A stretch of 64,000 nt of DNA from contig NC_043001.1 in assembly GCF_006345805.1 (NCBI RefSeq), positions 33,542,001 to 33,606,000 on the forward strand, given 5' to 3'. Under the pieces are notes generated by a model. It searched no databases, was not told where the DNA came from, and saw only the letters and a list, made by a program, of their open reading frames with translations. Each line of letters starts with the position of its first letter. The stretch's first letter is position 1. The DNA comes from Octopus sinensis (taxonomy: Eukaryota). The position numbers were made by a program, and so were the translations under genes. Positions 49,026 through 63,068 of the stretch are shown piece by piece.

Positions 49026-50198
49026 TATTCTTTTCTACTGAAGGCACAAGGCCTCAAAATTTGTGGGGAGGGGACTAGTCAATTACATCGACCCCAGTGT
49101 TTCACTGATACTTAATTTATCAACCCTGAAAGGATGAAAGGCAAAGCCAACCCCAGGGGAATTTGAACTCAGAACATGTAGATGGGCGAAATGCTGTTAA
49201 GCATTCTGCCCGGCATACTAATGATTCTAACAGCTCGTGACCTTAGAATATATAAATATTAAGGTAAAGATGAAGATATATAAAATTTATAAAAGAAATA
49301 CCAATAAAATAAAAGTAAAAATTTTTTTTTTTTTATTTTATTGGTATCTCTAATGACTGAAACAAGAAAAAATTAAAAGACATTTGAATAAGTGCAGGCA
49401 TTGTTATGTGGTATGAAGCAGTTCTGTAGTTTTAGGTTCAGTTCTACCGTGTGGTACTCTGGGCCAATATCTTCTATTATAGCCTTGGGTTAAACGATGC
49501 CTTGTGAGTGAATTTGATAGACAGAAATTGCATGGAAGCCCATCTCATATTGTCTAGCAGCAAAGTATATTCTTTTCTACGCTAGGCACAAGGCCCAAAA
49601 TTTTGGGGGAGGGGGCTAGTCGTATCTAATTTATCGACCCTGAAAGGATGAAAGGCAAAGTTGACCTTGACAGAATTTGAACTCAGAATATAAAGACAGA
49701 CGAAATACTGCTAAGCATTTCAACCGGTGTGCTAACATTTCTTATTTCTTTATTGCCCACAAGGGGTTAGACACAGAGGGGACAAACAAGGACAGACAAA
49801 TGAATTCAGTCGATTATATCAACCCCAGTGCGTAACTGCTACTTATTTAATCGACCCCAAAAGGATGAAAGGCAAAGTCAACCTCAGCAGAAATTGAACT
49901 CAGAACATAAAGACAGATGAAATACTGCTAAGCATTTCACCCTGCATGCTAACATTTCTGCCAGCCTACCACCTTTAAAGAGAGATATTCTTTTCTACTC
50001 TAGGCACAAGGCCCATTGGGGGATGGGGCCAATCAATTAGATTGACCCTAGTATACAACTGGCACTTAATTTATCAACCCTGAAAGGATGAAAGGCAAAG
50101 TTGACCCCAGTGGAATTTGAACTCAGAACATAAAGACAGATGAAATACTGCTAAACATTTCGCCCAGTGTTCTAACATTTCTGTCAGCTCGCTGCCTT
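49026..50198 (-). mobile_element. array of four SINE-A copies (49026, 49570, 49741, 49988) plus a SINE-B fragment (+, 49395-49545)
   Basis: Repeated GGATGAAAGGCAAAGT..GAACTCAGAAC cores. Confidence 0.85.
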
Positions 50199-50499
50199 TT
50201 AGCAGTGAAGTATATTGGGTTTTTAATCCACTACAGCTATAAAGGGACCTTTTCCTAGACAACCATTGCAGGCTTTGACTTCTCAACAGTGTACATACAT
50301 TCAGTATGTCATGTACACAAAGATTTTAATTTAGCACTGCACTTTCTAGCATAATTTGGATTTTATCCTTGTGTGTTTGTGTCTTCGCCAGCCTTCAGTC
50401 AAACAGTCCAACCCATGCCAGCATGGAAAGAGTACATTAAATGACAATGATGATGACGATGATGATGATGATATGTATATATATACACACATATACATA

Positions 50500-51066
50500 T
50501 ATATATATATATATATGACATCCTGTGCCCACATATGCATATATATATGTGTGTGTGTATAGATGTAAGTATGTATATATATATGCATATATATATATTT
50601 TATTTTTTATTTCATTTTATTTTATTTTATTTTATTTTATTTTACTTGTTTCAGTCACTTGACTGCGGCCATGCTGGAGCACCACCTTTAGTCAAGCAAA
50701 TCGACCTCAGGACTTATTCTTTGGAAACCTAGTACTTATTCTATCGGTCTCTTTTGCTGAAATGCTAAGTTACTGGGACGTAAGCACACTAGCATAGGTT
50801 GTCAAGCGATGTTGGTGGGAACAAACACAGGCACACAAACATACACACATATACACATATATATACATATATATGATGGGCTTCTTTCAGTTTCCGTCTA
50901 CCAAATTCACTCACAAGGCTTTGGTCAGCCCGAGGCTATAGTAGAAGACACTTGCCCAAGGTGCCACACAGTGGGGATGAACCCAAATCCATGTGGTTGA
51001 TAAGCAAGCTACTTACCACACAGCCACTCCTGTGCCTATTCTCTCAATCTCTCTCTCTCTCTCTCT

Positions 51067-51099
<33 letters not shown>

Positions 51100-51636
51100 G
51101 ACATCCTGTGCCCACATATGCATATATATATGTGTGTGTGTATAGATGTAAGTATGTATATATATATGCATATATATATTTTATTTTTTATTTCATTTTA
51201 TTTTATTTTATTTTATTTTATTTTATTTTATTTTACTTGTTTCAGTCACTTGACTGCGGCCATGCTGGAGCACCACCTTTAGTCAAGCAAATCGACCTCA
51301 GGACTTATTCTTTGGAAACCTAGTACTTATTCTATCGGTCTCTTTTGCTGAAATGCTAAGTTACTGGGACGTAAGCACACTAGCATAGGTTGTCAAGCGA
51401 TGTTGGTGGGAACAAACACAGGCACACAAACATACACACATATACACATATAATACATATATATGATGGGCTTCTTTCAGTTTCCGTCTACCAAATTCAC
51501 TCACAAGGCTTGGTCAGCCCGAGGCTATAGTAGAAGACACTTGCCCAAGGTGCCACACAGTGGGGATGAACCCAAATCCATGTGGTTGATAAGCAAGCTA
51601 CTTACCACACAGCCACTCCTGTGCCTATTCTCTCAA

Positions 51637-51680
<44 letters not shown>
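50500..51680. repeat. ~590-bp near-identical tandem duplication, each unit containing a full SINE-B (-; 50638-51037 and 51233-51626)
   Basis: GACATCCTGTGCCCACATATG at about 50517 and 51100. Confidence 0.9.
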
Positions 51681-51684
<4 letters not shown>

Positions 51685-52164
51685 AATATTATTTATATTA
51701 TTATTATACATATATATATATATGAGAAGTGAATGGATATAGTAGTCTTGCATGACATATCAGAACCCACAATGCGAAAAGACTGGCAAATGAAATGTAA
51801 AAATGACAGTCACCTATCTGCTCCTTACTATTCGAAGTAACAAGGTTAAAAAACAAAACAGCAATGATCCATAATTACTGCTGCTGCTAATTGTACTGTT
51901 GTTGTTTCTTTAGTTTTGCATTTCTACTCTATCTCATTAAGACTATTGTTTATGTATCACAGTTCTTGTTGACATTGTTCAAAAAGTAAGTTTGGAATAG
52001 GTTTATGGTTGAGCTTTTAATATATATTGTAAACACGGCATAGCAAGCCAATGGATGGAGCCTTCATATGGCCACCACTTGCTAGAGGTAGCAAGCAAAT
52101 TTCTGTTGTATTAAATTCAGCGATTTAAAAAAAAAAAACTGATGATCACATTAAATAAAATATC

Positions 52165-52375
52165 TATTTCTTTACTACCCACAAGGGGCTAAACACAGAG
52201 GGGACAAACAAGGACAGACAAACAGATTAAGTCGATTATATCGACCCCAGTGTGTAACTGGTATTCATTTAATCGACCCCGAAAGGACGAAAGGCAAAGT
52301 CGACATCGGCGGAATTTGAACTCAGAACGTAACAGCAGACAAAATACCGCTAAACATTTCGCCCGGCGTGCTAAT
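52165..52375 (-). mobile_element. SINE-A, little diverged
   Basis: Collinear with 9263. Confidence 0.9.
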
Positions 52376-52379
52376 ATTA

Positions 52380-52690
52380 TCACCATCATCATCATCAGCA
52401 TCTTCATCAGTTAACATCTGCTTTCCTTGCTGGCATTGGTGGGACATTTTTGACAGGAGGTGACGAGCCAGTGGAAGGACTGTGCCAAGCTTTATTGTCA
52501 GCTTTTGCATGGTTTCTAAGGCTGAATGTTATTCCTAATGCCAACTGTTTTACAGAGTGCATCAGGTGCTTTTTTACATGGCGCCAGCCCAGGCAAAGTC
52601 ACCAAGTAACTTGTAAGACAGAACCCCTCAACTGAGGTAGGAGTAGTATTAAGGGAGGTCATTTTGTGTCAGGTGATGAGAGGTTTGAGA
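52380..52690 (-). mobile_element. RTE-tail variant (diverged)
   Basis: (CAT)n, TTCCTAATGCCAAC, GGTGCTTTTTACATGG. Confidence 0.65.
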
Positions 52691-53097
52691 GTGTGTGTGT
52701 GTTTATGTAAGCATATCTTATCAATTCGCAGAATTGTATGTGTGTAACTTGTACACATGCATATACATACACTCATGTGCATACACTGACACATGCACTC
52801 ACACACATGCACACACACTCACACAGATACATACTTAAGTTAGTACTGTCATAGGAATCATGGTTTCCATGGCATATAAATAATATTTTTCCCCTTGAAC
52901 ATGATACCAGTCCATCATAGAGTTAGTCCTTTACAGCCGAATGGACAGTGGTGGGTGGTGGGGGGCAATGTGAAATAAAGTATTTTGCTCAGGAACACAA
53001 TGTACCCTCCAGTCCGCAAATCTTGTGATTGAGTGTTAACATCCTGTACCCCTTGTTGCACTTCTCATATATATATGCATGTATATATACATATATA

Positions 53098-53306
53098 CAT
53101 GAGGGTTGGCTGAAAAGTTCCTGACTTTGGGTAAAAGAAATTACATTAATTAATTAAAATTTTATTCAATATATTCCCATCTCAGATTCCTATTGCAGCA
53201 GTTGTCCATTTTTTCTGATCCTTGTAAAAGAACCCAGAAAGTTGGGCCTCCAATCAGTCTTTTTGCAATATCCTTAAAGCCAAGAGCTCTTCAGTACCCA
53301 CTCATT
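53098..53306. mobile_element. mariner-derived MITE
   Basis: TA|CATGAGGGTTGGCTGAAAAGTTCCTGACTTT ... AAAGCCAAGAGCTCTTCAGTACCCACTCATT|TA imperfect TIRs. Confidence 0.65.
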
Positions 53307-53439
53307 TATATATATATATATATATAGGCAAGGAAAAATTATAAAAAGGCAGAAATTGAAGGTAAATTTTAATGAAAATGGGTGTATGGAAAATTTAAAA
53401 AAATTTTTTTTTAATTTTCCATACACCCATTTTCATTAA

Positions 53440-53585
53440 AACAAGTATAGTGTTATTGGACACTCGGGAAAGGAAAAAAAGAAAGAGGATTCAACGTTTC
53501 AAGCGGAGCTCTTCGTCAGAAACATAGAAAAAGGAAAGGTCCAAGGAAGGGAAAACGGAGAAAGAAAATCGCCAACGATACACAC
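53440..53585 (-). mobile_element. Penelope-like terminal fragment
   Basis: Same family as 41160. Confidence 0.7.
53489..53523 (-). ncRNA. minimal hammerhead motif with canonical CUGACGA core
   Basis: GUUU|CUGACGA|A|GAGC-UCC-GCUU|GAAACGUU|GAAU. Confidence 0.6.
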
Positions 53586-53929
53586 GTGAAGGGATAGAAT
53601 TTTCCATTACACTATTGGTATATTACCTATGTTTAACCATGGGCACACATATCCAAGCATATTATGCTTATAAATTATAGGTAAAGACAAGGATAACATG
53701 AGTTTATCAAGAATCAACATTTTAAGAAGAGAGGAAATGGAGAAATATCAATAAACAACAATTTGCTTACATTAATTATTATTTATTAATTCAATACAAA
53801 GAGCCTGCATCCCATCTATGTAGTCTATTTACATGAATTAATAAATAATATTTGATGTAAGTCAATTGATGTTCATTGATATTTCTCCATTTTCTATCCT
53901 CTTTAAATATATATATATATATATAATAT

Positions 53930-53990
<61 letters not shown>

Positions 53991-54220
53991 CACACATATA
54001 TATATGGTGTGTGTGTGTGGTTTGATGGGCCTCTAAGCAGGTATCACCGTCCCAACTTTCTTTGACATGGTCAATGTGACGATCACACACTACACATCTT
54101 CCTTCCAAGTACTGTTGTAAACAGCAGAAGTGAGCTAGAATGTTAAAACTTAGTGTGAATGCACAGCAGAGTTCAAGGTCAATCTTTGCCAACCAGTTTC
54201 ACTCTGCGTGCTTTAGCTTT

Positions 54221-54234
54221 GTTACTATGGCAAC
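54221..54234. promoter_or_regulatory. candidate RFX X-box
   Basis: GTTACTATGGCAAC matches GTYRCYATRGYAAC, in non-repeat sequence. Confidence 0.35.
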
Positions 54235-54269
54235 AGCCCTGTGATCAGACCTTGTATGTATGTATGTAT

Positions 54270-54278
54270 GTATGTATG

Positions 54279-54342
<64 letters not shown>

Positions 54343-54351
54343 ATACATACA

Positions 54352-54383
<32 letters not shown>

Positions 54384-54686
54384 CATATACATATGCATAT
54401 ATACATATATATATGTATATATATACATATGCATATTTATATATACATACATATATATATATATATATATACACACACTGAGAAAAAGATAGATAGATAG
54501 ATATAGATATATGCATGTTTATATATAATTATATATACAATTATGTTTATATAATATATATAATTATGTTTATATATAATTATATATACAACAACTATGT
54601 ATTCATGTATATGCATATATATATACATGTGTGTGTGTGTGTGTGTGTATAAATATATATATATGCATGCTTGTATATACATACAC

Positions 54687-54731
<45 letters not shown>

Positions 54732-55803
54732 GGTTGGTAGGCAGGTAGGTAGGTAGGCAGATAGGTTTGCATACATATACATATATAGATGCACACACAC
54801 ACACACACACACACACACTGAGTCGTATCTAGTTTCACATTTGCATTCATATACACATTACAATCATGCAGTATACACATGCTCATATTCTTACCTAGGT
54901 GTTGATTCTTGTTTCTTCTATCATTGTACATATGCAACACATTCTTGTCTTATTTGTTTCACCTAGGTTGTCAATACACATACACACAAGGTATATCTCT
55001 CAAGGTTAATACCAATGAAAGACCATAAACTACTTGTTTATACATGACTTCTAGATTTAGTATGTAAATCCCTGGTTGGCTGTGTCCAGGGTGGAGATTC
55101 CTTTCCTACTAGTTTCCTTGCAGGTACTAACATGTGTACCACCATCCTTTCTTGCTTTCAGTTATAACAAGGTATTAACACATACGTGTATATGTGTGTG
55201 CATGTATTTCTGTATGCATATGTGTGCGTGTGTATGTGAGAGAGAGAAAAAGTGAGAATCATTATTAATCTATCTGAAGGTGGTTGAGTGGATAAAGAAA
55301 GTTGACTGATTTGGCTAGGCACTTTATTATATTTAGTTTCTAACTTCTTAGTTTCGAGTTGACATGCTACTAGAGAGGGAGCTGCAGTTTTATATATATA
55401 TATAATGTATATATATATATATAATATATATATATAATATATATTATATATATATATATATACACACATACATACATACATACATACATACATACATACA
55501 TAAATCGACATATACATATGCATATATACATATAATATATAATATATAACATATGCATATTTATATACATACATATATATATATATTATATTACACACAC
55601 TGAGAAAAAGATAGATAGAGAGTATAGATATATGCATGTTTATATATAATTATATATACAATTATGTTTATATAATATATATAATTATGTTTATATTAAT
55701 TATATATACAACAACTATGTATTCATGTATAGCATATATTATACATGTGTGTGTGTGTGTGTGGTATAAATATATATATATGCCTGCTTGTATATACATA
55801 CAC

Positions 55804-55848
<45 letters not shown>

Positions 55849-56510
55849 GGTTGGTAGGCAGGTAGGTAGGTAGGCAGATAGGTTTGCATACATATACATA
55901 TATAGATGCACACACACACACACACACACACACACTGAGTCGTATCTAGTTCACATTGCATTCATATACACATTACAATCATGCAGTATACAAATGCTCA
56001 TTATTCTTACCTAGGTGTTGATTCTTGTTCTTCTATCATTGTTACAGATGCAAACACATCTTGTCTTATTTGTTTCACCTAGGTGTCAATAACACATACA
56101 CACAAGGTATATCTCTCAAGGTTAATACCAATGAAAGACCATAACTACTTGTTTATACATGACTTCTAGATTTAGTATGTAAATCCCTGGTTGGCTGTGT
56201 CCAGGGTGGAGGTGGAGATTCCTTTCCTACTAGTTTCCTTGCAGGTACTAACATGTGTACCCACCATCCTTCTTGCTTTCAGTTATAACAAGGTATTAAC
56301 ACATACGTGTATATGTGTGTGCATGTATTTCTGTATGCATATGTGTGCGTGTGTATGTGAGAGAGAGAAAAAGTGAGAATCATTATTAATCTATCTGAAG
56401 GTGGTTGAGTGGATAAAGAAAGTTGACTGATTTGGCTAGGCACTTTATTATATTTAGTTTCTAACTTCTTAGTTTCGAGTTGACATGCTACTAGAGAAGG
56501 GAGCTGCAGT

Positions 56511-56520
<10 letters not shown>
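54270..56520. repeat. ~1.13-kb tandem duplication
   Basis: Unique core 54818-55390 recurs at 55934-56510, differing mostly by 1-bp indels. Confidence 0.9.
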
Positions 56521-56543
<23 letters not shown>

Positions 56544-56784
56544 GTGCATGTATATATGGATGAAAGATAAAACCAAAAAGAGCAATAACCACCAGTTATA
56601 TAGCGGATATTACTTCCTTTTCACTCCTAATCCGTAGCCTTATGACTTCATATTAAATCCCTATTAATCTAGAGTAACGAAAATAGTAGCAAAACAGATT
56701 AAAAGCCTTACAGTATTTGATATTTTACCTCTTCATACAAATAGAGGATTTTAATTTTGTTTTTTGTGTCTTTAGAATGAATGG

Positions 56785-57362
56785 TTTCAAATTTTAGCAC
56801 AACGCCAGTAATTTTTTGGGAGGGGTTAGGGGATTATATCGATCCCAGTGCTCAACTGGTACTTATTTTATTGATTCTGAAAGAATAAAAAGCAAAGTTG
56901 ACCTTTGGAAAAAACACTGCCAAAAAACACGTGTTTTGTCCTGTGCCAACTCAACACCTTAACTCTCTGTTAGGGACAGAAAGCTTAATTTTGGGTGAAG
57001 GATGGAGGCTTGTCAATTACATCGACCCCAGTGCTCAACTGGTACTTATTTTATTGATTCTGAAAGAATAAAAAGGAAAGTTAACCTTTGGAAAATACAC
57101 TGCCAAAAAACATGTGTTTTGTCCTGTGCCAACTCAACACCTTAATTCTCTGTTAGGAGCAGAAAGCTTAATTTTGGGTGAAGGATGGAGGTTTGTCAAT
57201 TACACCAACCCCAGTGCTCAACTAATACTTATTTTATCGATCTCAAAATGATGAAAAGCTAAGTCAACCTTGGCCGATTTGAACTCAGAACATAAAACCA
57301 GAAGAAATGCCACTTAGCATATTGTCTGGTGCAGTAACAATTCTGTCAGCTCACCACCTTAT
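56785..57362 (-). repeat. ~190-bp tandem amplification of a SINE-A segment plus flank
   Basis: CCCAGTGCTCAACT three times; AAACACTGCCAAAAAAC..TTTTGTCCTGTGCCAACTC twice. Confidence 0.85.
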
Positions 57363-57557
57363 CTCTCTGGCATTTATGATAATAAAGATGTATACCAATC
57401 ACATAACCCAGCATGTAAAGAGCCACAAAAAACACTGCCAAGAAAATTTGGCTTATTATTGGAGACATTCTTATACTTGGAAACTGTGTGTACAGAATAG
57501 TGAAACACATGTAATAAAAAAGATGAGTTTTGGAAGAGTTTTTTTTTTCTTTTTCTG

Positions 57558-57755
57558 AGTGGCTGTGTGGTAGGTAGCTTGCTTACAAACCATATGGTTC
57601 CGGAGTTCAGTCCCACTGCATGGTACCATAGGCAAGTGTCTTCTACTATAGCCGCGGGCCAACCAAAGCCTTGTGAGTGGATTTGGTAGACGGAAACTGA
57701 AAGACGGCCGTTGTATATATGTATATATATATATGTGTGCGTGTGTGTGTGTGTG

Positions 57756-57787
<32 letters not shown>

Positions 57788-57997
57788 TTGTGTGTTTGTG
57801 TTTGTCTCCCCAACATTGCTTGACAACCAATGCTGGTGTGTTTACATCTGCGTAACTTAGTGGTTCAGCAAAAGAGACCGATAGAATAAGTACTAGGCTT
57901 ACAAAGAATATGTCCTTGGGTCGATTTGCTCGACTAAAGGTGGTGCTCCATCATGGCCACAGTCACATGACTGAAACAAGTAAAAGAGTAAAGAGAG
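57558..57997 (+). mobile_element. SINE-B full length
   Basis: Collinear with the other SINE-B copies. Confidence 0.92.
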
Positions 57998-58218
57998 TAA
58001 GTATCGAAGGATAGAACTGGAGGTAAAGTGAGCGGCATATCTAGTAGCTTTATCAGTGGAAATAATTTAAATTGTACAGACAGTTCAAAATGACTAAGCA
58101 TTCAACCTCTGCACTTGTGTGAGAAGTGTGCAATAGCTCAGAAGAAAATTATGTGCATTAAGTCAGTAATGTTGATAATTTTAAAGAGAGCATTGAAATC
58201 AGAGAATTATTTGCAGTA

Positions 58219-58881
58219 CAGTGATCCCTTATTTATCGCGGTAGATTGGTTCCAGGACCGGTCGCGATAACTGAATTTCCGCAAAGTAGAGACACCATAT
58301 TTACAGTGTTTATTTAACATGTATTAGGACTTTTAAAACCCTCCTTGTACTGTTAACAACCCACCCATTACAGTAGTCTATTAATAACAAGGACAACTGT
58401 TAAGCAATAACACTTTAGATTTAAAAAAATAAAGATTGTTACTGTTACACAGGCCAGCTTACAAAATAGAAAGCTGTGATATGTCATCTCTCTCCATTGC
58501 ACCAATCACAGTTCAAATACCCCTGTATATGCTTTTTTGCTATTTTATGCTTGTTTTGTAGTTCCTAGACTAGGAAATAATATTTATTTGGTGGCACGTA
58601 AAAAGCACCATCCGACCGTGGCCATTGCCAGCCTCGTCTGGCCCCCGTGCCAGTGGCACGTAAAAAGCACCATCTGATCGTGGCCGTTTGCCAGCCTCGT
58701 CTGGCACCTGTGCAGGTGGCACGTAAAAAGCACCCACTACACTCACGGAGTGGTTGGCATTAGGAAGGGCATCCAGCGTAGAAACACTGCCAGATCAGAC
58801 TGGGCCTGGCGCAGGCTTCTGGCTTCCCAGACCCCAGTTGAACCGTCCAACCCATGCTAGCATGGAAAATGGGCATTAAAC

Positions 58882-58912
<31 letters not shown>

Positions 58913-59015
58913 AATATTTTAATGGATTTAATGAAAAATTTTAGGCGTTCATATATATATATATATATTTTAAAAATCTGCGATAGTTGAACCACAAAGT
59001 AGTAAGGGATCACTG
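58219..59015. mobile_element. Tigger/pogo-like MITE with TA TSD, containing an RTE-tail (+, 58585-58910)
   Basis: TA|CAGTGATCCCTTA ... TAAGGGATCACTG|TA. Confidence 0.85.
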
Positions 59016-59559
59016 TACAGGATGAGAGATAGTCATTTAAATGTTAATGGTTGGTTGAATTTAAAAGAAGAGTAGTGAAACCATTATTAGGAAATGTAGG
59101 AGGGAAACTTTGAGACAAAGTCATTGGAAGTCTCTGTTGCTGAAATCAAGACGGGAAAGATGAATATATTATGTTCTGTGCATAGAGCAACAATAAAGAG
59201 GGTAGCCTAGAGGGAAGTGATGGACTAGAAATAGAAGTGACAATGGTATCTCAGACAGGCAAAGTTTGTGTAGATTGCATGTTATCTGAAAATGATCAGG
59301 TATGTTGGTATAGAGGAGGCTCCACCAAGGTGCTTCATCACTGCTGGTTTTATCTCTTTCCAGCTCCACCAACACCAGCCTTCTCTTCTTCTAAAATATG
59401 AGTAGTCTTGTAGCTCTTTCACAGCAGGAAATCTGTTCTGCTCTAGCTCCACCTCCCATACTTTAACCCTTAACCTCCTTGTACAAATCTTTTCCTTCAG
59501 AGTTAATAGTCTTACAAGTGGCATAGTGATCTCACTAATGCTGGTGGTAGGGAAAAAGG

Positions 59560-59701
59560 ACCCAGCACATGCTGTTAAGGGATTAATGTTAGGAAGGGCA
59601 TCAAGCCATAGAAACCATACCAAAGCAGACACTGGAGCACAATGCAGGCCTTGGACCCACTGAATCCTGTTGAGCCATGCAGAGTGGCACATGCATATTA
59701 A

Positions 59702-59735
<34 letters not shown>

Positions 59736-59835
59736 CAGTGGCAGTGTTGGTGGTGGTGGTGGTGGTGGTGGTGATGATGATGATGATGAGGAGGAGGAGG
59801 AGGAGGAGGAGGAGGGGGAGGAGGAGGAGGAGGAG
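59560..59835 (+). mobile_element. diverged RTE-tail running into a (GAT)/(GGT)/(GGA) microsatellite
   Basis: TTAGGAAGGGCATC..AGAAACC; repeats seen directly. Confidence 0.65.
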
Positions 59836-59879
59836 AGGATAAGGGGGATTGTTTCTTGCCAACTTTGGTTGTTAATTTT

Positions 59880-60010
59880 AATGTCCAGCCACTTTTTGAG
59901 ATCATTTGCCCTCAGTCTTTCTTGTAAATTAACTTTGGACACTCAACACATCATAACCAACTCATTTCTCTCTAATCTCTGCAGATCTTCTCCATTTAAT
60001 GCTTCTGTCT
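59880..60010 (-). mobile_element. decayed RTE ORF fragment
   Basis: ALNGEDLQRLERNELVMMC*VSKV aligns with AVTVEDMRRLERNEASMIR at about 46150. Confidence 0.6.
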
Positions 60011-60122
60011 CTTTACCATTCACTTATCGATCTGTTTACACCTGTCTCCTACAGTCTGCTCTTTTGTGAAGATGAAAGGAATAACATGTTGTCTATGAGG
60101 TTAGCAATACATTGATAAGAAA

Positions 60123-60600
60123 TCATCATCATCATCATCATCGGTTAACGTCTGCTTTCCATGCTAGCATGGGTTAGACGATTTGACTAAGGACTGGCGA
60201 ACCAGATGGCTGCACCAGGCTCCAATCTGATCTGGCAGAGTTTCTACAGCTGGATGTACTTCCTAACACCAACCACTCCGAGAGTGTAGTGGGTGCTTTT
60301 ACGTGCCACGCTCAAATGGTGTTTTTTTACGTGCCACCTGCATAGGAGCTAGTCCAGCGGCACTGGCGACGACCTCGCTCGAATGTTTTTTCGCATGCCA
60401 CCAGTACAAGTGCCAGTAAGGCGACGCTGGCAACGATCACACTCGAATGGTGCTTTTTACGTGCCACCGGCACGGAAGCCAGTTTGCTGCTCTGGCAATG
60501 ATCACGCTGGATGGTGCTCTTAGTGCTCCACTAGTATGGATGCCAGTCATCAAATTTGATTTCAATTTCGATTTCACTTGCCTCAACAGGTCTTGGCAAG
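60123..60600 (-). mobile_element. RTE-tail with internal tandem units
   Basis: Collinear with 34495. Confidence 0.88.
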
Positions 60601-60870
60601 CAGAGTTTAGTGTCCAATGAAGGAATATAAACAAAATTCAGGGTTTGTACTCAGGAAAGACCTTTATCTTCAACTACTTTAGCACAAAGGCAGGAAGATG
60701 CCTCTTGACAGTAGCAAGCTAAGAAATAAACTTATTTAAAAATGTCATAATGACCTTAAATACTCAAAAGTCAATTTTAATACTGAATTTTTGCATTTAA
60801 GATTTTTATTCTAGCTTGTTATAAAAAGAAGAAAAATATACAAACAAGAACATCAAATTAATTAATAATA

Positions 60871-61109
60871 TTCTTATTTCTTTATTTCCCACAAGGGGCT
60901 AAACATAGAGGGGACAAACGAGGACAGACAAACGGATTAAGTCGGTTATAGCGACACCAGTGCGTAACTGGTACTTAATTTATCGACCCCCAAAGGATGA
61001 AAGGCAAAGTCGACCTCGGCAGAATTTGAACTAAGACCGTAACGGCAGACGAAATACTGCTAAGCATTTCGCCCGGCGTGCTAACGATTCTTCCAGCTCA
61101 TTGCCCTCA
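60871..61109 (-). mobile_element. SINE-A full length with 12-bp TSD
   Basis: TAATTAATAATA at 60859 and 61110. Confidence 0.92.
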
Positions 61110-61906
61110 TAATTAATAATACTCTGCTTAAGATAATCATTTGTTATTACCCTCATTATTTTTTTCATTTTATAATTTATTAGTCATGCTGCCTTTAATT
61201 TCGTTTCATCAATTATAATTGTTTTCCTGTTGTTTGTTAAAATTGTGTTATTGTTTTGGACACAAAATAGGTTATATATTGTTTTGTGTACATGTGTATT
61301 ATTGTACATGTGGGGGAAATGTTGAGTATTAATACACCAAAAGTCTAATAAAATAAAATACATTTAACAAAAAAAACAAATAGAGTGAAAGAGAAAACAA
61401 ATTCTGTGTTTATCTTATAGTTCTATCAAAACTTAATTCAGGCTATCATAGTTTTGATTATCTGCGTAGAGAAAGAGCAACTTCCAACAATTATGTCGAT
61501 GTCATGGATTGATAAGAATCAGCAAACTTTGATCATTTCAGCTGATTTTGTATTAGGTTTACATTGTCTTTTGCTGTATTAACTAGTTTAACTATAACGC
61601 AGATTAGCCAGACAAAGGAAAAATCTAGATATATATATATGTATATATATATGTATATATATATTTATATATATATTTATATATATATATATACATATAA
61701 AACACACTGAAACTAGAGTCTGCGTGTATCACATAAGGCTAGAAATGGGACCAATGACTTCCCCTCGCAAATACTAACAGGACACAGAATATGTGTCATT
61801 AGCCTGCTGGAGGAGATGTCTTCCTGGGGCTATAAACATCAGTAGCACTGTCCTGTATAGGATGTCACACTTAATTGGCAAATATATGTTACCATTATAT
61901 AAATAT

Positions 61907-61946
<40 letters not shown>

Positions 61947-62024
61947 CACCAGGTGGTGCTATTAAGTTGGACATGGCCTGGGTCAATAATGGCCGAAACC
62001 TATCAAAGTATCAAAGTATCAAAG

Positions 62025-62068
<44 letters not shown>

Positions 62069-62283
62069 TATATATTTCTTTTATATATATTCTACTTATT
62101 GTATAACATTACTCTTTTATGTACACTTTTTTATGTATACTCCTTTATGTACACTGTTTTGCTCTACTTTTTTATGTTTAACCCTATAGTTTCTTATGTG
62201 GTGGTTTAATAAAGTATGTGATTGAGTATTATCTGGTAATTGATATTTGATTTAGATGTATTTCTCCATTTTCTTATTTTGTA

Positions 62284-62341
<58 letters not shown>

Positions 62342-62374
62342 TATATATATGTATATATATATGTATACATATAT

Positions 62375-62558
62375 ACTCTTTTACTCTCTACCTGTTTCAG
62401 TCATTTGACTGTGGCCATGCTGGAGCACCACCTTTAGTCGAGCAAATCGGCCCCAGGACTTATTCTATTTTGCCGAACCGCTAAGTTACGGGGACGTAAC
62501 ACATAAGCATCGGTTGTCAAACAATGTTGAGCAGACAAACACAGACACACAAACATAT

Positions 62559-62603
<45 letters not shown>

Positions 62604-62735
62604 GCTTCTTTCAGTTTCCATCTACCAAATCCACTCACAAGGATTTGATCACTTGCCCAAGGTGTCATGCAGTGGGACTGAACTGGAACCATGTGGCTTG
62701 TAAGCAAGCTACTTGCCCCACGGCCACTCCTCATA
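62375..62735 (-). mobile_element. SINE-B with internal deletions
   Basis: Collinear with the other SINE-B copies. Confidence 0.88.
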
Positions 62736-62744
62736 TATATATAT

Positions 62745-62890
62745 CATCATCATCGTTTAACGTCTGTTTTCCATGCTAGCATGGGTTGGACAGTTTGACT
62801 GGGGTCTAATAAGCCAGGAGGCTGCACCAGGCTCCAGTCTGATCTGGCAGTGTTTCTACAGCTGGATGCCCTTCCTAAACGCCAACCACT
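62745..62890 (-). mobile_element. RTE-tail
   Basis: CATCGTTTAACGTCTGTTTTCCATGCTAGC. Confidence 0.88.
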
Positions 62891-63068
62891 AACTGTCTAA
62901 GGAACAGGTGTATCCAAAGGCACTCCTGGTATTACCTCAGTATGTATGGTCTTTGTTATAAGTTATATGGCAGTAGGTAATTTAAAAGGTAAAACTGTGG
63001 TTGAATATATATATAAAAAACAATAAGAAATGGAGCAATAATAACAGTTAGAAGTAGATCATTGGTAC

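Noticed and set aside
59100-59200. SLEVSVAEIKTGKMNILCSVHRA as an endonuclease relic
   Set aside because: Similarity too weak, and no GDFN or SDH motifs follow
61960-62010. GGCC...GGCCGAAAC possible hammerhead stem II
   Set aside because: No NUGANNA core upstream
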